Source: an uncultured bacterium
GTDB taxonomy: Bacteria > Fidelibacterota > Marinisomatia > Marinisomatales > UBA1611
Length of the DNA stretch: 64,000 bases
Direction of reading: 5' to 3'
Assembly: GCA_964586315.1 (NCBI GenBank)
Contig: CAZPHE010000001.1
Span: forward strand, 29,125-93,124
Part shown: positions 1 to 10,384 of the stretch, one piece after another
Layout: every line of letters starts with the position of its first letter
How positions within the stretch are numbered: the stretch's first letter is position 1
Program-made: the position numbers and the translations under genes
The notes under the pieces: model-generated
Seen by the model: the letters and a program-made list of their open reading frames with translations, nothing else
The model's database searches: none
Told to the model about the DNA's origin: nothing

Positions 1-531
1 AATTTTTTGATTTTCCCTCGTTTCGTAAATACTGTTGATTTTGATGATGTTGATCAAATAATTATTGAAAACATAGATATTCCACAGACACAGCAAATTG
101 ATAATACACCACCTCCAGCAAGGCCTTCAATCCCTGTGCCCTCTGATGATGAAGATATAGCAGACGATTTAACGCTTGATGAATTAGATTTTGATGACTT
201 TTCTAATTTAGATGCACCACCGCCGCCCCCTTCAGGACCAAAAGTTGTTTTTATTCCTTATGATGATCCACCTATTGCAATGACTCCAATACGTCCGAGA
301 TACCCTGAGATTGCACAAGAAGCAGGAATTGAAGGTGTTGTTGTAGTTCAAGCATTTATTGATCAAAAGGGACGCGTTAAAGAAACATTAATATTAAAAG
401 GTGTTCCAAATACAGGATTGGATGAAGCCGCAATGGAGGCAATCCGAAGTACAAGATTTAAACCAGCAAAACAACGAGAGCGAGCTGTTGGGGTTTGGAT
501 TTCTATTCCAGTTAATTTTAAACTAAAATAG
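1..531 (+). CDS. TonB-family energy transducer, C-terminal part (5' end probably off window)
   Basis: The frame is open from nt 1, and the track start at 7 is only a TTG. An acidic/Pro-rich spacer (PPPARPSIPVP, APPPPPSGP) is followed by a TonB_C-like block YPEIAQEAGIEGVVVVQAFIDQKGRV...AMEAIRSTRFKPA...VNFKL. Confidence 0.75.
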   Translation, partial: NFLIFPRFVNTVDFDDVDQIIIENIDIPQTQQIDNTPPPARPSIPVPSDDEDIADDLTLDELDFDDFSNLDAPPPPPSGPKVVFIPYDDPPIAMTPIRPRYPEIAQEAGIEGVVVVQAFIDQKGRVKETLILKGVPNTGLDEAAMEAIRSTRFKPAKQRERAVGVWISIPVNFKLK

Positions 532-553
532 ATAGGATTATTATATAAAAATA

Positions 554-1306
554 TTAACCTTTAATATTGCTCAGATTGTATTCTACATTCATTTTTCTTA
601 TATACTCAACTGATATTTCCTTAGGACACTCCGCTTCACATGCACCTGTATTAGTACAATGCCCAAAACCTTCATTGTCCATTTGAAAAACCATTTTATT
701 TACACGTTCTTTCCCTTCTGTTTGTCCTTGTGGCAACAAAGATAACTGAGAAATTTTTGCGGCAACAAATAAGCTAGCAGAGGCATTTTTACATGAAGCA
801 ACACATGCTCCACAACCAATACAGGCTGCAGCATCGAATGCTTCTTCAGCAATATTTTTGGATATAGGAATAGAGTTACCATCAGGCGCACTACCAGTGT
901 TAACAGATATATATCCACCAGATTGAATCACCCTATCAAAGGATGACCGGTCTACCACTAAATCCTTAATAACTGGAAATGACTTAGCTCTCCATGGTTC
1001 AATAGTTATAGTATCACCATCATTAAAATGTCTCATATGTAATTGACAGGTAGTTGTTCCTTTTAATGGCCCATGCGGACGACCATTTATAACCATGGAA
1101 CACATCCCACATATTCCCTCTCTACAATCATGATCAAAAGCCACAGGTTCTTTATCTTCGTTTATTAATTGTTCATTTAACACATCCATCATTTCTAAAA
1201 AAGACATATGACTATTAAGACTGGTTACATCATATATTTCAAAATGCCCACTATCTGAACTAGATTTTTGACGCCATATTTTAAGTGTAAGATTTAAATC
1301 GGACAT
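554..1306 (-). CDS. sdhB: succinate dehydrogenase/fumarate reductase iron-sulfur subunit
   Basis: Three Cys clusters are present: [20 protein letters not shown] and [12 protein letters not shown]. The ATG at 1306 (MSDLNL...) lies 1 nt after the sdhA stop. The track extension to 1345 would overlap sdhA. Confidence 0.9.
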   Translation of the reverse strand: MSDLNLTLKIWRQKSSSDSGHFEIYDVTSLNSHMSFLEMMDVLNEQLINEDKEPVAFDHDCREGICGMCSMVINGRPHGPLKGTTTCQLHMRHFNDGDTITIEPWRAKSFPVIKDLVVDRSSFDRVIQSGGYISVNTGSAPDGNSIPISKNIAEEAFDAAACIGCGACVASCKNASASLFVAAKISQLSLLPQGQTEGKERVNKMVFQMDNEGFGHCTNTGACEAECPKEISVEYIRKMNVEYNLSNIKG

Positions 1307-1307
1307 A

Positions 1308-3224
1308 CTACTTATAACTCCTTTGGATAGGAGATACTGTATCAAAGTTTAATTCTTCTTTGTGCAATATAGGTGGTTCATCTAAACCTTGGAACTCCCA
1401 TGTAGAAGCAAAAGAAAAATTTTCATCATCTCTTAATGCTTCTCCTTCCTCTGTCTGATGTTCTTCTCTGAAATGTCCACCACAAGACTCATTTCGTTCC
1501 AAAGCGTCTCTCATCATTAATTCTCCAAGCTCAAAAAAATCAGCAACTCTCCTTGCTTTATCTAATTCAGGGTTATACATCTTATCATTACCTGGAACTT
1601 TAACATCATTCCAAAATTCTTTTCTCAGATTTTTTATGTTTTTAATTGCGATAATTAGGTTTTTCTCATTTCTTGACATACCGCAGTAATTCCAAACTAT
1701 TTTACCAAGATCCCTATGGAAACTTTCTACAGAACGATTACCATTGTTTTGTATAAGTTTTTTATTTGTATCTCTAGCATTATTTTCCGCTTCCTCAAAA
1801 GACTTATGACTAATATCAATTGGATCAGTTCTTATGTCTTCCGATAAATATTTTCCTATTGTATAAGGTAAAACAAAATATCCATCTGCTAAACCCTGCA
1901 TTAAAGCCGAAGCTCCTAATCTATTTGCACCATGGTCAGAAAAGTTACATTCTCCTATTGCATATAGCCCTGGTATGGTAGTCATGAGATCATAGTCTAC
2001 CCATAATCCACCCATAGTGTAATGTACAGCAGGAAATATTCTCATAGGGGTTGAATAAGGATTATCTCCTGTAATTTTATCATACATAGCGAACAAGTTA
2101 CCATATCTTGCTGAAACAATATCTTTACCTAATCTATTTATTGCATCTTCAAAATCTAGGTAAACAGCTAAGCCAGTTTTTCCTACACCATAGCCCTCAT
2201 CGCATCTTTCTTTTGCGGCTCTAGAAGCAACATCTCTAGGAACTAAATTCCCAAATGCAGGATATTTTCTCTCTAGATAATAATCTCTTTCTTCTTCCGG
2301 GATTTGATTTGGGGGACGGTTATCACCCTTTTTCTTAGGAACCCAAATTCGTCCATCATTCCGCAATGATTCAGACATCAAAGTTAATTTGGATTGATAT
2401 TCTCCTGAAACAGGTATACAAGTTGGATGAATTTGCGTAAAACAAGGATTAGAAAAGGCGGCTCCTTTTTTATAAGCTTTCCAAGCTGCCGTAACATTAC
2501 TTCCCATTGCGTTTGTCGATAAATAATAAACATTGCCATACCCTCCTGTTGCAAGTATAACAGCATGACCAAAATGCCTAGTAAATTGGCCTGTCAAAAG
2601 ATTTCTTACTATTACTCCTCGTGCTTTACCGTCAATTTTAACAATATCAATCATCTCATGGCGATTAAACATCTGAACATTGCCTTTGTGAATTTGCCTG
2701 CTCAAGGCACTATATGCCCCTAGTAAGAGCTGTTGACCTGTTTGTCCTCTAGCATAAAAAGTCCTAGATACTTGCACACCACCAAAAGACCTGTTATCTA
2801 ATGTCCCCCCATATTCTCTAGCAAAAGGAACGCCTTGAGCAACGCATTGATCAATAATACTAGAACTTACTTCTGCAAGTCTGTAAACATTTGCTTCTCT
2901 TGATCTATAGTCTCCACCCTTTATAGTATCATAAAACAAGCGATAAACAGAATCCCCATCGTTTTGGTAATTTTTTGCTGCATTGATACCGCCTTGCGCA
3001 GCTATTGAGTGTGCTCTTCTAGGGCTATCCTGAAAACAAAAGGATTTTACCCGGTAACCCATTTCTGCTAAAGAAGCTGCAGCAGAAGCACCTGCCAAAC
3101 CAGTTCCCACTACTATAATTTCCAACCTTCTCTTATTCGCTGGACTAACTAGTGGAACTTTTGATTTATAGTTTGTCCATTTAGTTTCAAGTGGTCCTTC
3201 TGGAATCTTACTGTCAAGTATCAT
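1308..3224 (-). CDS. sdhA: succinate dehydrogenase/fumarate reductase flavoprotein subunit
   Basis: 638 aa with an N-terminal FAD fold ([18 protein letters not shown]). It has [12 protein letters not shown] (covalent-FAD His context), [10 protein letters not shown] and [10 protein letters not shown] motifs. It sits between the anchor and Fe-S subunit genes. Confidence 0.95.
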   Translation of the reverse strand: MILDSKIPEGPLETKWTNYKSKVPLVSPANKRRLEIIVVGTGLAGASAAASLAEMGYRVKSFCFQDSPRRAHSIAAQGGINAAKNYQNDGDSVYRLFYDTIKGGDYRSREANVYRLAEVSSSIIDQCVAQGVPFAREYGGTLDNRSFGGVQVSRTFYARGQTGQQLLLGAYSALSRQIHKGNVQMFNRHEMIDIVKIDGKARGVIVRNLLTGQFTRHFGHAVILATGGYGNVYYLSTNAMGSNVTAAWKAYKKGAAFSNPCFTQIHPTCIPVSGEYQSKLTLMSESLRNDGRIWVPKKKGDNRPPNQIPEEERDYYLERKYPAFGNLVPRDVASRAAKERCDEGYGVGKTGLAVYLDFEDAINRLGKDIVSARYGNLFAMYDKITGDNPYSTPMRIFPAVHYTMGGLWVDYDLMTTIPGLYAIGECNFSDHGANRLGASALMQGLADGYFVLPYTIGKYLSEDIRTDPIDISHKSFEEAENNARDTNKKLIQNNGNRSVESFHRDLGKIVWNYCGMSRNEKNLIIAIKNIKNLRKEFWNDVKVPGNDKMYNPELDKARRVADFFELGELMMRDALERNESCGGHFREEHQTEEGEALRDDENFSFASTWEFQGLDEPPILHKEELNFDTVSPIQRSYK

Positions 3225-3904
3225 AAGTTCTTAATAAATAAATAAATTGGAATTGAAGCGAAAACTGCAGGAATAATAACTGCAATAAAATTGGCAGAAT
3301 ATCTAAATATTTTTTTATAATTTGGTAATTTCAGACCAATTGTTTGTACAGCTGATTCCACACCATGTTGAAGATGGAATCCTAAAGCAACCATGCTGAA
3401 AACGTAAAAAGCTGTATACAATGGATTTTGAAAAGCGTTAACTGTTATCAAATATAAATCTTTTATTTTTGCACCATCATCTAAGTATTGATATGGAATA
3501 TTACCAAAATGCATCTCATACCAGAAACTTTTCATGTGTATAATGATAAAAAACAAAATTATTATTCCAAGCAATGACATGTTTTTTGACGCCCATCCAC
3601 TATTTGAATCACCGCTCGAAACATCATATGGTATTGGGCGGGCTTTCCTAGATTGGATTCCTAAGTATAAAGTTAATAGGGCATGTAATAGAATTGATAG
3701 ATATGTAAGAATTGACATTGTTTTAATAAATGGATTAGTAGTCATGAATAACGCATATTCATTAAACTGAGTCTGTCCTTTTATGCCTGGAATAAATAGT
3801 TGCAAATTTCCAACTAGATGACCTAATAAAAAAGCGACTAAAAACAAACCAGACATTGCTGTCAAGACTTTTCTAAAAATTGTTGACCTAAAATAGCTTT
3901 TCAT
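3221..3904 (-). CDS. sdhC: succinate dehydrogenase/fumarate reductase cytochrome b membrane anchor (single-subunit, five-helix type)
   Basis: 227 aa with about five hydrophobic helices carrying His residues (GHLVGNL, LLHALL, IIHM, FHLQHG). Its stop overlaps the sdhA start by 4 nt, giving the operon order C-A-B. Confidence 0.75.
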   Translation of the reverse strand: MKSYFRSTIFRKVLTAMSGLFLVAFLLGHLVGNLQLFIPGIKGQTQFNEYALFMTTNPFIKTMSILTYLSILLHALLTLYLGIQSRKARPIPYDVSSGDSNSGWASKNMSLLGIIILFFIIIHMKSFWYEMHFGNIPYQYLDDGAKIKDLYLITVNAFQNPLYTAFYVFSMVALGFHLQHGVESAVQTIGLKLPNYKKIFRYSANFIAVIIPAVFASIPIYLFIKNL

Positions 3905-3975
3905 TCGGAATATTGTAAATAACTATAAAGTAAAATTAAGGGTATATTGCTATACGCACATAGAATTGATCCAAT

Positions 3976-4425
3976 TTATTCACCCAATTTATTCGAAAAA
4001 TAAAAACTACAAACAAATAATATAGTTAATATATATATTATGGGCAAAAATGGAGATGAGGGTAAAAAGGTGAACACTAAATAATAAACACCAATTAACA
4101 TAATAAACAAAACTACTTGAATAGTGTTTCGAGCCAATTGTGTACCTAATCGTGTTACATAAGTATAAGCAATGATCAATAGTCCGACAGAAATTAACCA
4201 CAATCCAAAAAATTTGTATATAACTCTTAGATAAGATGGCAAGTGTGTATTAATCTTTGCTGAAAATAAATTCTTAAATGCTGTTTTTAATAATTTCTCA
4301 TTCGGAAGCTGGTCTAATAACCAAGGCTCTGGATGTAAATACCAAAATAAACCCATAACCAGAGCTATCAACCCTATTAATACAATTGGAATCCAAATTA
4401 AATTATGAATTAAGCGTTTATCCAT
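3976..4425 (-). CDS. small integral membrane protein, unknown function
   Basis: 149 aa with about four hydrophobic helices. Its start overlaps the upstream gene stop by 8 nt. No recognisable motif. Confidence 0.4.
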   Translation of the reverse strand: MDKRLIHNLIWIPIVLIGLIALVMGLFWYLHPEPWLLDQLPNEKLLKTAFKNLFSAKINTHLPSYLRVIYKFFGLWLISVGLLIIAYTYVTRLGTQLARNTIQVVLFIMLIGVYYLVFTFLPSSPFLPIIYILTILFVCSFYFSNKLGE

Positions 4426-5641
4426 ATTCTTGAACTTGAAGACTAAAAGGACCTTTTTGTATTACAATATCAATAAACCGATCTAATAATTTTTCTTCAT
4501 TTAAATTACGTCTTCTTAATCCATTTAATGCTAAATCGCTAAAGTGCTGAATCCAGTAACCATATGATTTGTTATCCGGACCTGTCTGCGAAATATTCAA
4601 TGTTAGAGCAGAATGATTTAATAATTGTCTGTCATTATTATTCCATTTGCTAACAACTTGTAAAATTTTATCTCTGATTGATTTTTCAATTAATAGGCCC
4701 GTCCAAAATGCAGCAGGTGCTATTTCATATCCCTCCGGTGTGCGATCTGCACCTCTAATTTCTACTAGGTTTTTAATACGTACATTAGTAAAAATTTGAT
4801 GTAATGCAGCATCAATGTCTTGTTTTGTTATACTCCCCGCTTGATGAAGATCTTGCAATCTTTTCCCAATAGTCTGTTTACAATCTGATATTGACCTCGA
4901 TCGATTCAATTGGAATATAGAAGGTACTGTAAGAATATAATTAATATATTGATTAATTAGATCTTTTGATGAAAATATCCCATGATCAAATAAGTTTTTA
5001 CACCGCATGTTATCCGTATTTTCCCAAATTATATTTCTTATATTTTTATTTCCTGTTAATTCTTTATTTTTAAAAGGACTGTTTGCAAATAAATACGAAG
5101 CAATGGGATTGAGGCAATCTGCAACAAAAACCATTTCTTCCATTTCTTCAGCATTTATTACATCAAAATTAACTTGAATACTCGATGTACAACGCATCAT
5201 CCATTTACCCATGGTTCCATTCTCCTCCATGCTTTTATTCATCAATTGATATTTTAGCAAATCAATAAGATCAACTTCATCAGGACCATACAAGGGGTCG
5301 ACCCCATATGTAATCATTTTGAGATTGTTTTTACTAGTAATATCTTTAAGTATATTATGATGTCCGTGAATTGCATCTTGCAAATTATTTAAATCTTTAT
5401 AAGGTTTGCTTGACCATTCTAATTGTCCGCCGGGTTCTAATGTGTATTTTCCATTATCGCCTATTAGGTTATTCATTATGTTTTGCAAGTCTATGGCTGC
5501 AAAATGCTTACCGGGATTTACAGGCATGCGCTTATTTTCTTTGGTATAAAGAATACATTCTATTTCAATCCCAATAGTTCGACTTTCATGCTTTACAAGC
5601 TTTGATAAGATTCTTTCCCGAATTTGTTTATGGATATTCAT
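4418..5641 (-). CDS. glutamate--cysteine ligase family protein (GCS2/plant-type-like)
   Basis: Motifs IGIEIECILY, YTLEPGGQLEWSS, IWENTDNMRC and VEIRGADRTP resemble the carboxylate-amine ligase/GCL family. I prefer the start MNIHKQ at 5641, because the track start at 5701 overlaps the upstream gene. Confidence 0.65.
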   Translation of the reverse strand: MNIHKQIRERILSKLVKHESRTIGIEIECILYTKENKRMPVNPGKHFAAIDLQNIMNNLIGDNGKYTLEPGGQLEWSSKPYKDLNNLQDAIHGHHNILKDITSKNNLKMITYGVDPLYGPDEVDLIDLLKYQLMNKSMEENGTMGKWMMRCTSSIQVNFDVINAEEMEEMVFVADCLNPIASYLFANSPFKNKELTGNKNIRNIIWENTDNMRCKNLFDHGIFSSKDLINQYINYILTVPSIFQLNRSRSISDCKQTIGKRLQDLHQAGSITKQDIDAALHQIFTNVRIKNLVEIRGADRTPEGYEIAPAAFWTGLLIEKSIRDKILQVVSKWNNNDRQLLNHSALTLNISQTGPDNKSYGYWIQHFSDLALNGLRRRNLNEEKLLDRFIDIVIQKGPFSLQVQEYG

Positions 5642-5684
5642 TTCAAAAGAGATCCTAATAAAAAATTTTATTATATAATAATTT

Positions 5685-8060
5685 TTACATTGCCCAGGCA
5701 ATTAATCCAATTAACAGTGAAAACATTGGAAAACTTAGGTTCATTCCCCCGCTAATTTCTCTCCATTTTTTGGGGGTGTCTCCCATATGATTAAATTTAA
5801 GCGATACAGTTTCTAATTTACCAGCTTCCGCATAAACAGTAGTAGATCCATATAGTTCATTATTGTTGATAATAGAATCATAACCAACAAACTGTAATCC
5901 TTTTTTCGATGCTAAGTGAGTATATACAGGTGAAAAACCACTGACCTGGTGCCACCCAGGTTCTACCTGTATGGGTCGTTTCAATGGTGTCTCTCCCACA
6001 TATTTCCCATCTATATATATAGGGATACCATCTATATTTGATTCTACTCTTATTCCCCCTTCATGATAATAACGAAAACCAGGGTCTGAATATCGTGGAG
6101 GAAAAGATTTTGGTCGGGCATTTGACAGTTCTTTTTTCCAAGTATAGTCCAAATTGTCTCGAGAAGAATAATCAAGACTTTCTTTTTCACGTTGCAAAAA
6201 TAAAGGAATTTTATATTCCTCATTAAAATCCCATTTCAATGATTTCTTTATTGAGTCACTTTGTAAAGGGAAAAAACTAAGCCAAGTATTATTTTCTTTT
6301 TTATTTGGTTCAAACTTTTTTTCAATCTCACGTTTTGATCTGTCAAATCGATTTTTACTTTTATATTGAGTTTTAAATCTATTTTCTAAAACAGAAGGGG
6401 ATGTGAATTCAGGGTTTTGTGGTAAAGAGTGGTCCCAAGAGGAATCTGAAGATGGGTTAAAACCTAAATTGTTATTTTCAGAGGGTATATATTGTTGCTG
6501 TAGATGACGAGGATCATACTCATCCGAAATTACACTTTCATCAGTGAACCATGCCTTTACTATATTAGTATCAGGTAACTGGGTTAATGATGTCGTTCGA
6601 TAAGAGGGTCGTAAAGTATCACCAAGAATATTTTGAGCATTTGATGGAATATGTTGTTTCTGTAGATAAGGAGGATCGTACTCATCCGAAATTACACTTT
6701 CATCAGTGAACCATGCCTTTACTATATTAGTATCAGGTAACTGGGTTAATGATGTCGTTCGATAAGAGGGTCGTAAAGTATCACCAAGAATATTTTGAGC
6801 ATCTGATGGAACATATTGTTTTTGCAATTGTTTATAAATATCTGTTTCAAGTGGGGGTAAGTCTGTTAATTGCAATTCCTGAACTTTAGTTGAATCAGAT
6901 AATTGCGTTTGTGATATATTATTAAATTCTTTGTCGGTTAATTTGACATCTATATTTTGTAATTTTGTTGGAACATGCGTTTTTTGAAGTTTTGTAATAT
7001 CCGCTGGTAGGTTAGATATCATAGAGTCTTTTACCAATTTATTAAAATTTTCATTACTCAATATTTCTATGTTGTTTTTTTTGATTCCATCTTGCTTATT
7101 ATTTTGATCAAGACGGGTATTAGAAAAAATTCCAAAAAGTTTTTTCCAGACCTTTTCTTTTTTCTTTTTATTATTGATTGTGTTTTGTGTAATGAACTCT
7201 GTGCTATTGATTAATGATTTTTCATCAACAAATTCTATTGAGTCATTTTTTATAATTTGTTTTGGATATAAAGCTTGTTCTCTTGGCAAATTGTTGGCAA
7301 TCAACGAATCTTCAATTAATTCTGTTAGTATTTCTCCAGAGTTTTTATCAATATATAATTCTTCAAAGTTTTTTTCTGTTATTGTGCTACTGTAAACTTT
7401 AGGTGTATTGTAATTTCCTTCTTTTTTATTTTTTTTAGTATTTCTTTCATTGATCATAAGAATCGATTTGGACTTTGCTTCTTTTTCACCAGGATGGTTT
7501 GTTGTATACAATTTCCCATGGTATTCAAAAATTGCATTCGGACCTAGTTCTTTACGTGCTTGATCAAATGCATTTCTAAAGTTTGTATTAAACTTTGGGA
7601 AACCTGAGGACTTTGCAACGTTGAAAACAGACTTCCCTTCTTTTTCTATGTGTTGTTTAAGGCTGACTACTTCAGATTGTTTCATTTCAGTATGTATGAA
7701 CACAATAGTACTAGGAGACGTTTTAGAGTTTATTATATCATACCCCAAGACAGGTTTGTTAATTAATATTGCAAGTTGAGTTGATTCATCAAAGTCATCT
7801 ATGACTATTTTTCTTACAGCTCCATTAAAATTCTGTTGAGGTATTTTATTTTTTGGAGCACGAACACCTAACAAAGTTAAATAAACCCAACCACGATCAG
7901 ATTTCCACCCTATGATATCATCATCATCAATTGGTTCTACATAATCTAAATTAATCATTATACCATTTTGCTTAATGCTATAACTGACATCTTCAAGGGT
8001 TGTACCCATTAGTAATGAGGCGCAATACACCAATAAATATATTTTGAATCTGTGATTCAA
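5685..8060 (-). CDS. large secreted/anchored protein with PEGA-like domain and an internal 54-aa tandem duplication
   Basis: N-terminal signal-like segment (MNHRFKIYLLVYCASLLMG). PEGA-like block IPIYIDGKYVGETPLKRPIQVEPGWHQV. C-terminal hydrophobic anchor (FPMFSLLIGLIAWAM). Otherwise low-complexity N/K/Q-rich sequence. Confidence 0.5.
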   Translation of the reverse strand: MNHRFKIYLLVYCASLLMGTTLEDVSYSIKQNGIMINLDYVEPIDDDDIIGWKSDRGWVYLTLLGVRAPKNKIPQQNFNGAVRKIVIDDFDESTQLAILINKPVLGYDIINSKTSPSTIVFIHTEMKQSEVVSLKQHIEKEGKSVFNVAKSSGFPKFNTNFRNAFDQARKELGPNAIFEYHGKLYTTNHPGEKEAKSKSILMINERNTKKNKKEGNYNTPKVYSSTITEKNFEELYIDKNSGEILTELIEDSLIANNLPREQALYPKQIIKNDSIEFVDEKSLINSTEFITQNTINNKKKKEKVWKKLFGIFSNTRLDQNNKQDGIKKNNIEILSNENFNKLVKDSMISNLPADITKLQKTHVPTKLQNIDVKLTDKEFNNISQTQLSDSTKVQELQLTDLPPLETDIYKQLQKQYVPSDAQNILGDTLRPSYRTTSLTQLPDTNIVKAWFTDESVISDEYDPPYLQKQHIPSNAQNILGDTLRPSYRTTSLTQLPDTNIVKAWFTDESVISDEYDPRHLQQQYIPSENNNLGFNPSSDSSWDHSLPQNPEFTSPSVLENRFKTQYKSKNRFDRSKREIEKKFEPNKKENNTWLSFFPLQSDSIKKSLKWDFNEEYKIPLFLQREKESLDYSSRDNLDYTWKKELSNARPKSFPPRYSDPGFRYYHEGGIRVESNIDGIPIYIDGKYVGETPLKRPIQVEPGWHQVSGFSPVYTHLASKKGLQFVGYDSIINNNELYGSTTVYAEAGKLETVSLKFNHMGDTPKKWREISGGMNLSFPMFSLLIGLIAWAM
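6499..6822. repeat. two tandem copies of a 162-bp unit inside the 791-aa CDS
   Basis: Copy 1 is 6499-6660 and copy 2 is 6661-6822. The cores 6517-6640 and 6679-6802 are identical (124 nt), with mismatches only at the unit edges. The repeat is in frame and encodes PS[DN]AQNILGDTLRPSYRTTSLTQLPDTNIVKAWFTDESVISDEYDP twice. Confidence 0.95.
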
Positions 8061-8312
8061 GTAGAACTCCGCAAATGTAAGCCAAAATTGACTTCATGAA
8101 TTTTAATCATCAGAGTAGAATTAAAGCAAGAGATAACTAAAAAGGTTTAAGCTCTATTATATAGTAGGTTATTAAGTTTTTATGGTGAGTTTGAAAGGGG
8201 CGTTTATCATATTTCTCATTACATTACATTAAAACCGTGTTGTTTTTAACGCTATTAATTAATTATTCAATTGATCACTTGATATCAATTGTTTAGTAAA
8301 TAAAATTTGATC

Positions 8313-9383
8313 ATGCGGAACAGCTTAGTATGTTTTATTTCGATTGGATGTTTAATGTTTTCAAACGTAACTGGCTCAAAAACCATCACTGTGAAAATTT
8401 TCCATGTGCTTGAAAGCTTTGGAACTAAAACAGAAGAATTAAAAAACTCTATAGTAATGAATTACGACAGTAATGGTGTTCTTATTGATAGCACTATTTA
8501 CAGTCACACAGTGCCTTTAAGTAAAAAATATGTATATGTTGAAGGTGATAATGAAGGTCTTAAGCTAAAGCATAGTTATGATAAAGAAACAATTCTATCT
8601 TATCATTTTGAATATGATAATTTAGGAAGAAGAACTGGCACCACTCTTCATGGTACAAAAGATAGTTTATATTGGAAAGAATTTCAAAAATATGATGATA
8701 ACGGAAACCTTTTTAAACGGATTCGATACAATCCAAAAAAAGCTATTAATCCAGAAATGTTTGGAAACCAAACAGACCCTGGAGAAATAATTTGGGCAGA
8801 AGCATATGAATATAATAATACCGAATCTTCATTTGAACACAAAGAACTATATGACAATTATTGTTTAGTTATTTCAACATATAATTTGGACAGTAATAAA
8901 ACACCAATAAAAACGGCAGAGTACTTTGACCCTTCGGTAATATTCCAAACCATATTTTTTCACAATGAAAAAGGTAAACGCACACATGAAGTTTCTTCTG
9001 GTCGCTTAGGTCAATCTATAGGTTCTAAAACATATGAATACGATAGTCTAGGTAGAAAAATTAAAACTCTTTCTTATAATGAAAATGGTATAATAGAAGA
9101 AATTTTTACTACTGTTTTTGATGATGATAGTTTTATCTCTTATGATTATTATTCGGACTCTCTTGTTACACTTTCATCAGTAAGAGAAACACTTCTAGAT
9201 AATAATGGTAGACCTTATGTTGAAGCAATATTGGATGGAGAAGAACGATTATTAGCTAAAAACGTATATTATTATGATAATAAGGGTCGAATAATAGAAA
9301 TAAAAAAATTTGATATGATAAGAAGAGGTCGCTTGGAAGATAAGGAAATTCCAATTAAGGTTCATACCTATGAATATGAGTAA
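8313..9383 (+). CDS. secreted protein with YD/RHS-like short repeats
   Basis: Signal-like N-terminus (MRNSLVCFISIGCLMFSNV). Recurrent YDxxGxxI motifs: YDSNGVLIDS, YDNLGRRTGT, YDDNGNLFKR, YDSLGRKIKT, YDNKGRIIEI. The first in-frame ATG is at 8313, and the track start at 8307 is a TTG. Confidence 0.45.
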   Translation: MRNSLVCFISIGCLMFSNVTGSKTITVKIFHVLESFGTKTEELKNSIVMNYDSNGVLIDSTIYSHTVPLSKKYVYVEGDNEGLKLKHSYDKETILSYHFEYDNLGRRTGTTLHGTKDSLYWKEFQKYDDNGNLFKRIRYNPKKAINPEMFGNQTDPGEIIWAEAYEYNNTESSFEHKELYDNYCLVISTYNLDSNKTPIKTAEYFDPSVIFQTIFFHNEKGKRTHEVSSGRLGQSIGSKTYEYDSLGRKIKTLSYNENGIIEEIFTTVFDDDSFISYDYYSDSLVTLSSVRETLLDNNGRPYVEAILDGEERLLAKNVYYYDNKGRIIEIKKFDMIRRGRLEDKEIPIKVHTYEYE

Positions 9384-9427
9384 ATTATATAGTGAATTCT
9401 CAGTGACAATAGATTCAGGAGGCAATT

Positions 9428-10249
9428 ATGAAAGTCATTGATCCAAAAAGTGTAATTATTGGTGCGTTGGCCACTCTATTAATTTTTATTTTTTTAGGAT
9501 TAAGACCAAAAACTGATGAACTAGGTCATTTGGTTGTCCGTAGTTTAACTATAGAAGATGATCGTGGTGTTATAATGGGTTATCTTGGCAATGGGTATAT
9601 GCAAACATATAATCAATATGGTGAACCCACATTATTTATTGGCACTGGTAAAGATGGTGGTGGCTACATGAGAGCATATAATGGAAATGGTGATGAATCA
9701 GCATATGTGGGTACAGGGCGAATGGGAGGAGGATATATTAGAACATATAATAATTCTCAAAAAGAAACTTCATATCTTGGCACTGGTTCAGATCATGCCG
9801 GGCAGCTTAGAATTTATAATAAAGATGGTGCAACTTCTTCTTATCTAGGTGAAGGATACTACCAAGCATACAATCAATTTGGTGAAAGAACTCTCTTTTT
9901 AGGAACTGGTATTAGTGGAGGTGGTTATTTAAGAACTTATAATTTTGATGGCCAAGAAACAGTATATCTGGGAACCGGTGCTGACAGCTCAGGTCAATTG
10001 CGTGTATATGATTTTGCAGGAGAAACAGGAACATTTTTAGGTAGCGGTTATTTTAGAACTTATAATCAGTTTGGAAAAATGACAACCTATCTTGGGAATG
10101 GAAGAGATGGAGGTGGTTATTTAAGAACAAATAATAAGTTTGAAACTGAAACTGCTTTTCTTGGTACAAACAATTCAAATGAAGGCCTAATAAATCTTAA
10201 TGACAAATTTGGTCAAAGTTTTTGGATACGTCTAAATAAGGGTGATTGA
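9428..10249 (+). CDS. membrane-anchored Gly/Tyr/Asn-rich repeat protein, unknown family
   Basis: GGAGG Shine-Dalgarno motif 6 nt upstream. N-terminal TM (VIIGALATLLIFIFLGL). About ten degenerate repeats of 20-24 aa of the form GGGY[LMI]R[TA]YN..G.E..YLGTG. Confidence 0.5.
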   Translation: MKVIDPKSVIIGALATLLIFIFLGLRPKTDELGHLVVRSLTIEDDRGVIMGYLGNGYMQTYNQYGEPTLFIGTGKDGGGYMRAYNGNGDESAYVGTGRMGGGYIRTYNNSQKETSYLGTGSDHAGQLRIYNKDGATSSYLGEGYYQAYNQFGERTLFLGTGISGGGYLRTYNFDGQETVYLGTGADSSGQLRVYDFAGETGTFLGSGYFRTYNQFGKMTTYLGNGRDGGGYLRTNNKFETETAFLGTNNSNEGLINLNDKFGQSFWIRLNKGD

Positions 10250-10384
10250 TTTTTTATACAATTTTTTGACTTTAAGCTCTTAATTTATTAACTTTTAGAA
10301 CAAAAGGTATCCGAGAGGGGGATGAAACATGGCTTCATCCGTTAAACCTCATATTTTTCATACTCAGATAAGAAGGACTTGACC

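Noticed and set aside
1307-1345. Longer sdhB start ([13 protein letters not shown]...)
   Set aside because: It would overlap the sdhA 3' end by 38 nt. The ATG at 1306 lies directly after the sdhA stop and gives a typical SdhB N-terminus.
8268-8291. Inverted repeat CAATTGAT-n8-ATCAATTG, considered as an operator site
   Set aside because: It has 8-bp AT-rich arms of a kind expected by chance in this composition. No nearby regulator gene supports it. It is kept only as a note within the low-interest promoter finding.
10321-10339. Hairpin GATGAA-acatggc-TTCATC upstream of the MORN gene, considered as a terminator or riboswitch stem
   Set aside because: It has only a 6-bp AT-rich stem, no following T tract and no recognisable riboswitch core.
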